Source of the DNA: Desulfobacterales bacterium
Lineage (GTDB): Bacteria; Desulfobacterota; Desulfobacteria; Desulfobacterales; UBA5852
Reading direction: 5' to 3'
NCBI GenBank assembly: GCA_963674755.2
Contig: CAXXVS010000002.1
Location: forward strand, 608,001 to 672,000
Length of the DNA stretch: 64,000 bases
Shown: piece after piece, positions 58,618 to 64,000 of the stretch
Numbering within the stretch: the stretch's first letter is position 1
How the letters are laid out: each line of letters starts with the position of its first letter
Made by a program: the position numbers and the translations under genes
The notes under the pieces: generated by a model
Told to the model about the DNA's origin: nothing
Seen by the model: the letters and a program-made list of their open reading frames with translations, nothing else
The model's database searches: none

Positions 58618-59095
58618 TACGCCCAAGAGCCGGACCCGGCAAAAGAATGAAGATCGCGCCTTGCAGCGCCTGGGAGAGCAGCTTTTAACACTGTCGTCGG
58701 AGCAACTGGCCTCCCTCGATATGCCCGAAACCCTTCGGCAGGCGATCGGTGCATGCCGCCGCATGAAATCCCATGGCGCCCGGCGCCGCCAGCAGCAATA
58801 CATCGGCGTGTTGATGCGCAACGTCGATGCGGATACGATTCGTACCGGACTCGAACGGATCCGGGGCGGGGCGGTGCCCCAGGCCCGGATCTTCAGAAAG
58901 CTGGAGACCTGGCGGGATGCTTTGCGGGAAGGCGATGAAACGATTCTGGAGGAAGTCCTCGACCAGTGCCCGGATGCCGATCGACGGCATCTGACAGAAC
59001 TCATGCGAAACGCCCGGCCGGAGGTTGGCGCCGACAAAGCCACCAAGGCGTCCCGCATGCTGTTTCGCTATCTGCGGGAGATCTACAATGATTGA
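58607..59095 (+). CDS. yjgA: Ribosome biogenesis factor YjgA/DarP (DUF615)
   Basis: KSRT..K, LQRLGEQL, RRRQQQYIG.LMR, LETWRD and LFRYL. Confidence 0.9.
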   Translation: MDADTPKSRTRQKNEDRALQRLGEQLLTLSSEQLASLDMPETLRQAIGACRRMKSHGARRRQQQYIGVLMRNVDADTIRTGLERIRGGAVPQARIFRKLETWRDALREGDETILEEVLDQCPDADRRHLTELMRNARPEVGADKATKASRMLFRYLREIYND

Positions 59096-59591
59096 TCTTT
59101 TAAAACGTTTTGTCAGCAACACCGTCGGTGCGGAAAAGGATAACCACACGGCGGACGATTATAAACTCAGCCTGGCGACCTGTGCGCTTCTCGTGGAAAT
59201 GGCCCGTATCGACGAATCTTTTACCGACCAGGAAACCGCTGCTATTCTGCATATCCTGAAAACCCAATACGGGGTTTCCGAGGAGCACGCCAAAGCCCTC
59301 GTGGCGGAGGCGGAGAAGGAATTGGAGAAGAGTGTCGATCTCTGGCAGTTCGCCCGCCTGATAAACGACCATTATTCCCGCGCGGAGAAAATCGGTATTA
59401 TCGAAACCTTATGGCAGGTGGTTTTCGTCGACGGCCAAATGGACCAGTACGAGGACTATCTGATGCATAAGATGGCCAACTTGCTGCGCCTGACCCACAA
59501 AGAGCTCATGGATGCCAAGCTGAAAATCCTGCACGGCGACCCCCGTTCAAAGACACCGGGCCAAGGTGCCCGGGGTGGCGAACCGCATTGA
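59088..59591 (+). CDS. TerB-family protein
   Basis: ALLVEMARID..F...E and LWQVVFVDGQMDQYE. Confidence 0.82.
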   Translation: MIDLLKRFVSNTVGAEKDNHTADDYKLSLATCALLVEMARIDESFTDQETAAILHILKTQYGVSEEHAKALVAEAEKELEKSVDLWQFARLINDHYSRAEKIGIIETLWQVVFVDGQMDQYEDYLMHKMANLLRLTHKELMDAKLKILHGDPRSKTPGQGARGGEPH

Positions 59592-59734
59592 AAAAGCCTA
59601 AAGTCAGCGGCAAACCGGCCGATAAGCATGGAGAAGCGCACGACGGTCGCCCGGCGGGCGGAAATTGTTTTCGATGCCGGCCTATCGCAGCATCAGCGCT
59701 TGATTTTATTTTAAAATTGAGGGATAATTACGAC

Positions 59735-59868
59735 TATCATGTCTTTACGGCGCAGCGTGCATTTAGGGCTTGCATATCCTGCCCATCTGATATAGAGGCA
59801 AGCCGGCAAATAAATGTGGCGCTGGCCCATAACAATCCAGCAATCCATCCCGCGTAGGCGGGATTTTT
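59735..59868 (+). ncRNA. Candidate small RNA: promoter, long irregular hairpin and terminator
   Basis: TTGATT-17-GATAAT (59700-59728), hairpin 59749-59827, terminator ATCCCGC-GTAG-GCGGGAT-TTTT. Confidence 0.4.
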
Positions 59869-60001
59869 ACAATGAATACCTCCCGCCTGGCCGGCACGGT
59901 CGGCGAGAGGGTCGCGAGCTTCGATAAACCCCCGAAAAGGCTAACGCTGCCGGAACAATCCCGCTCGCATTCTGCAACCTCTCTCTGGAACGACAAGGAC
60001 A

Positions 60002-60160
60002 ATGGACGAAGCGAAAAAAAAGCAGTTGGAAGCCAAATTGCGTCAAATGTTTCTCAATGCCAGCCAACCTCAGGAAGAAGACCGACCGACCTCCCATAAG
60101 CCCCGGAATATCCGCGTTATCCGTCGCCGCAAGGGCGAACCCGATATGCAAATCGCCTGA
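60002..60160 (+). CDS. 52-aa hypothetical protein (MDEAKKKQLEAKLRQMF...RVIRRRKGEPDMQIA)
   Basis: AAGGA RBS and ATG...TGA in an otherwise empty intergenic space. Confidence 0.55.
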   Translation: MDEAKKKQLEAKLRQMFLNASQPQEEDRPTSHKPRNIRVIRRRKGEPDMQIA

Positions 60161-60422
60161 TATCGGCGTTCATCATTAGCTGCTGTCCGATTGCCGCTCC
60201 GCGGGGCGGTTTATCAATGATACGGTATCGATCAGGCTGCTATCTGTGAGCCGGCTTGGTTTCCTTTCCCTATGGCCGATATGCCCTGGGTTTTAGGGGA
60301 GGCCTTGGCACTGCTGACGATCGCGGAGGGGCGATGCAACCGTTAAGGCTGGGCCGCGCAGTTGGCCGTCCGTTAAGGATGGTATATCGTTTTGACGGAC
60401 CAGCGTTGGACATGGCAGGACT

Positions 60423-62009
60423 ATGAAAAAGCGTTTCCAGAACGAAATCGATCGCCGCCGCACCTTCGGCATCATCAGCCATCCGGATGCCGGTAAAACC
60501 ACGTTGACCGAAAAGCTGCTGCTGTTCGGGGGCGCGATTCAGCAGGCTGGTGCGGTCAGAGCCCGCAAGGCCGCCCGGCATGCCACCAGCGACTGGATGT
60601 CCATCGAAAAAGAGCGCGGCATCTCGGTGACCAGTTCGGTCATGAAGTTCAACTATCGCGATTTCGAGATCAACCTGCTGGACACGCCGGGCCATCAGGA
60701 TTTCTCCGAGGATACCTACCGCGTCCTGACGGCCGTGGACAGTGCCCTCATGGTGATCGACAGCGCCAAAGGGGTGGAGCCGCAGACCGAAAAGCTGATG
60801 GAAGTCTGCCGCATGCGCAATACGCCCATCATCACCTTTATCAACAAGTTGGACCGGGAAGGCATGGCGCCCCTCGATCTTCTCGACGAAATCGAGAACA
60901 AGCTGCAAATCGAATGCACCCCCTTGTCATGGCCCATCGGCATGGGCAAGACCTTCAAAGGGGTCTATAACCTCTACCGCCGTGAACTCCACCTGTTCGA
61001 GCCCGGCCAGGAAACCGTCGGGAAACCCGGGGTCGTGGTCAAGGATCTGGCGGATCCCATCCTGGACGACCTTCTGGGGAGCCAGGCCGACACCCTGCGG
61101 GACGACATCGCCCTGCTGGAGGGGGCGGTGGACCCTTTCGAGACGTCCCACTTTCTCAACGGCAGCCAGACGCCGGTGTTCTTCGGCAGTGCCATCAACA
61201 ATTTCGGGGTCAAGGAAATGCTGGACGCCTTCGTGGAACTAGCGCCCCATCCCGGCCCCCGCAAGGCGGTTTCCCGCGAGGTATCGCCCTATGAGGACGA
61301 TTTCGCCGGCTTTGCATTTAAAATACAGGCCAATATGAATCCGGCCCATCGGGACCGGATCGCCTTCGTGCGGATTTGCGCCGGAAAGTTTACCCGGGGG
61401 ATGAAGGTTATCCACCACCGCATCGGCAAAGAAGTAACCCTGGCCAACGCCACCATATTCATGGCCCAGGACCGCGCCAACGTCGAGGAGGCCTTCCCCG
61501 GCGATATCATCGGCATCTATAACCACGGTACCATCAAGATCGGCGATACCTTTTCCGCCGGAGAACCGCTAAAATTTCTGGGCATCCCCAATTTTGCGCC
61601 GGAACATTTCCGCCGCGTACAGCTCAAAAACCCTTTGAAGACCAAGCAGCTCAACAAGGGCTTGATCCAACTGGCCGAGGAGGGCGCGGTGCAGGTGTTC
61701 CGGCCCATCATGGGCAGTGATTACATCATCGGCGCAGTGGGCGTTCTGCAATTCGACGTGACCATGGCCCGCCTCAAGGCCGAATACAGCGTGGATGCGG
61801 TGTATGAACCGGTGGATTATGCCGTGGCCCGCTGGGTGGATTGCGAAGATCGCAAGAAGCTGGCCGAGTTCGAAAAGAAGAATATGGCCAATCTCGCCCG
61901 GGATGCCGAAGGCTGTCTGTCCTACCTGGCGCCCAGTGAATGGAAGCTGGGATTCTGTATGGAACAATGGCCGGAAATCGCTTTTTACAAAACCCGCGAC
62001 GTGCGGTGA
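60423..62009 (+). CDS. prfC: Peptide chain release factor 3
   Basis: [25 protein letters not shown] and HRDR. Confidence 0.97.
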   Translation: MKKRFQNEIDRRRTFGIISHPDAGKTTLTEKLLLFGGAIQQAGAVRARKAARHATSDWMSIEKERGISVTSSVMKFNYRDFEINLLDTPGHQDFSEDTYRVLTAVDSALMVIDSAKGVEPQTEKLMEVCRMRNTPIITFINKLDREGMAPLDLLDEIENKLQIECTPLSWPIGMGKTFKGVYNLYRRELHLFEPGQETVGKPGVVVKDLADPILDDLLGSQADTLRDDIALLEGAVDPFETSHFLNGSQTPVFFGSAINNFGVKEMLDAFVELAPHPGPRKAVSREVSPYEDDFAGFAFKIQANMNPAHRDRIAFVRICAGKFTRGMKVIHHRIGKEVTLANATIFMAQDRANVEEAFPGDIIGIYNHGTIKIGDTFSAGEPLKFLGIPNFAPEHFRRVQLKNPLKTKQLNKGLIQLAEEGAVQVFRPIMGSDYIIGAVGVLQFDVTMARLKAEYSVDAVYEPVDYAVARWVDCEDRKKLAEFEKKNMANLARDAEGCLSYLAPSEWKLGFCMEQWPEIAFYKTRDVR

Positions 62010-62091
62010 GAACAGGCGCTTGGCGTCAACCGGGCGGAAATCGGCCGACCGTGATGGGCTAGCCGCCACAGGGGGCCTCCCCCGGCAGCGG

Positions 62092-63270
62092 TTAAGAAGG
62101 CGGATGGGCGATAGGCCGCTCGGAATTGATGAGGTCGATATTCTCCTGTTCCATCGTGTTGATCTTTTCGATATTCAGACGCAGCACCTCCTGCATGCGG
62201 CTATCGGAGAAGCGGTGGTAGCTTAAATTCGGCACCGCCTCAAACCCCCGGCGGATTTTATGATCCCCGCCGATGCCGGGATCGAAGATATTGATCCGGT
62301 TGGCAATGGCCCATTCGATGGGGCGGTAGTAGCAGGCATTGAAATGCAGGGCGTGGACGGGTTCCGCCGCCCCCCAGTAGCGGCCGTACATGCGATCCCC
62401 CTTAATCAGCAGAAACGACATCCCGACCGGCAGAGGGTCATCTGCGCGATCACGGTAGGCCGCCATCAACAAGATGCGGTGGCGGTAGCGGCGGTAGAGG
62501 CGCCGGAAGAAATCTTCGGTCAGATATTTGCAGCCCCAGGGACCGAATTGGTCGTTGGTGGCGGCATACAGGCGGTACATGAGCGGGAACAGATCCTCTG
62601 CGATGGCCTCGCCTGTCAGGGGGACCAGACGAATGGCCTGCTGTTGCATGGCCTTTCTCTCACGGTGGATGTTGCGCCGCTGGTTCGATTTGAAAATCGC
62701 CAGATAGTCGTCGAAGGTGCGGTAGCCCTGATTGCGCCAGGCAAAGCTTTGGTGGGTCCAACTCAGGAAGCCGTGGGGTTCGAGCAGCTGCCCCCATTCC
62801 GGGTCAACATAATTGAAGCTGCAGCCTCCCAGACGGTAGCGCTGTATCAGGGCCTCGATGGCCGCCAGCATGTGTGCGGTGATCCGGCGGGGATCCTCAT
62901 CGGGGCCCATCAGAAAACGATAGCCGATGGTCGGCGAAAAGGGGCTCATGCCCACCAGTTTGGGATAGTAGGCGATCTCCAACCGGCGGGCCACATCCGC
63001 CCAGGCGTGATCGAATACGAATTCGCCCGCGCTGTGGCCCTTGATGTACAGAGGGGCGGCCGCCACCAGATCGGTGCCCTGCCAGAGGGTCAGGTGGTGG
63101 GGCAGCCAGCCCTTCTCCGGACTGACGCTGCCCGAGGCCTCCAGCAGGTGCAGCCATTCCCATTCCAGAAACGGGGTCGCAAGCGGGCCGGCCAGGGCAT
63201 CCCAGGCCGATGCGTCCACCTGTGCCATTTGCTGGATCCATCGTATTTCAAGTGCGCTTTCCTGAGGCAC
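62092..63270 (-). CDS. FemAB-like GNAT-fold protein (DUF482)
   Basis: HS.GEFVFDHAWA, YYPKL, YGRYWG, LHFNACYY and HKIRRGF. Confidence 0.85.
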   Translation of the reverse strand: MPQESALEIRWIQQMAQVDASAWDALAGPLATPFLEWEWLHLLEASGSVSPEKGWLPHHLTLWQGTDLVAAAPLYIKGHSAGEFVFDHAWADVARRLEIAYYPKLVGMSPFSPTIGYRFLMGPDEDPRRITAHMLAAIEALIQRYRLGGCSFNYVDPEWGQLLEPHGFLSWTHQSFAWRNQGYRTFDDYLAIFKSNQRRNIHRERKAMQQQAIRLVPLTGEAIAEDLFPLMYRLYAATNDQFGPWGCKYLTEDFFRRLYRRYRHRILLMAAYRDRADDPLPVGMSFLLIKGDRMYGRYWGAAEPVHALHFNACYYRPIEWAIANRINIFDPGIGGDHKIRRGFEAVPNLSYHRFSDSRMQEVLRLNIEKINTMEQENIDLINSERPIAHPPS

Positions 63271-63579
63271 CGCGAATGTCTCCCCCTTCGATCGGCCGGC
63301 ACGCTAAGAAAATGGTCGCTGGCCATGGCCGGTCTGTCCATGGGGCCGGGCCCGCTGAATACCGTCGATCGATTGGGGAATGATAAGCCCTGCGGCCGGG
63401 GTTGTCACCCATCCCAACGGAGGGGTATCGCCCTGGCCTTCCATTCCCAATACGCCGGCCGGCCAGGCATTTTTGACAGTTGCAGTTTAAAGGGGCTATA
63501 GGAAGCGGCACAACGGCAAGCGCGGCGGATGGCGGCCGCTGCGGTTAAAGCATCGGTACATACCTGAAAGGGGGGATAA

Positions 63580-64000
63580 ATGGGGGAAGAACTGGTTTAT
63601 CCACTAACCTTCAGCGGCGTTCGCCCCGGGGAAGAGCAGATCGTCATCGATCTGATCGGTCAGGCCGGGCTGACGATCGAAGACCTGGATCCACACAAGC
63701 TGGTCCATTTCATCGTGGCCCGGAGAGGCGCTGTCATTGTGGGTGTGGTGGGGCTGGAGCCGGCCGGGCGGGAGGCCCTCGTGCGTTCTCTGGTCGTCAT
63801 CGAGACCCAGCGCCGGCAGGCGGTTGCCACCCGGCTGGTGGCGGCCATCGAAAAATATGCACGCTCCCACGGCATTGAGGCCCTTTACCTGCTGACCATG
63901 GATGCCGCGGCCTTTTTTGGCAAACAGGGTTATCAGCCCTTTGATCGCCTAAACGCGCCCGCCGGCCTTCAGGCCACCGGAGAATTCCGCGCCCTATGCC
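63580..64000 (+). CDS. GNAT N-acetyltransferase, ArsN2-like (truncated by the window end)
   Basis: Own translation MGEELVY...VGVVGLE...LVRSLVV...LYLLT.DAAAFF...GEFRALC; open to the end of the window. Confidence 0.75.
   Translation, partial: MGEELVYPLTFSGVRPGEEQIVIDLIGQAGLTIEDLDPHKLVHFIVARRGAVIVGVVGLEPAGREALVRSLVVIETQRRQAVATRLVAAIEKYARSHGIEALYLLTMDAAAFFGKQGYQPFDRLNAPAGLQATGEFRALC

Noticed and set aside
59088..59591. Tellurite resistance or defence locus
   Set aside because: A lone TerB-family gene in a housekeeping operon, with no other ter genes
62260..63501. 413-aa plus-strand ORF
   Set aside because: Antisense shadow of the DUF482 gene

Overview
GC-rich bacterial chromosome segment. The gene set suggests a Desulfobacterota/Desulfobacterales-like anaerobe (inference). 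Both flanks are mostly housekeeping: kinase/phosphoesterase/pilD, lon-tsaB, psd, greA-rpoZ-ttcA, folE2, dacB-dtd-tex, cobB, mpl, birA-bioY-ECF and trkAH on the left; ABC exporter, cls, slyD, a short rho, aroF-pheA, rlmN-yjgA-terB and prfC on the right. The centre (about 26.2-43 kb) is accessory and holds three notable things. (1) tRNA-Lys and tRNA-Glu are followed by a 2.15 kb AT-rich islet bounded by a 44-bp tRNA-Glu direct repeat. The islet carries three integron attC sites framing two gene cassettes (a HEPN RxxxxH protein and a small membrane protein) but no integrase. (2) A tetrahaem lipoprotein fuses a cytochrome c peroxidase to a TsdA-type thiosulfate dehydrogenase. (3) A sigma-54-driven corrinoid methyltransferase system encodes a RACE activator, an MTII-corrinoid fusion, a URO-D-type MTI, an OFA-family transporter, a large bEBP and a DUF1638 protein. 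Non-coding signals read directly from the sequence are a BirA operator, a Phe-leader attenuator before aroF-pheA, a riboswitch-like (possibly Na+) leader before trkA, a candidate sRNA, and six copies of a MITE-like repeat. No CRISPR array, rRNA, transposase or integrase was seen. All protein calls rest on motif recognition by eye; no database searches were run.
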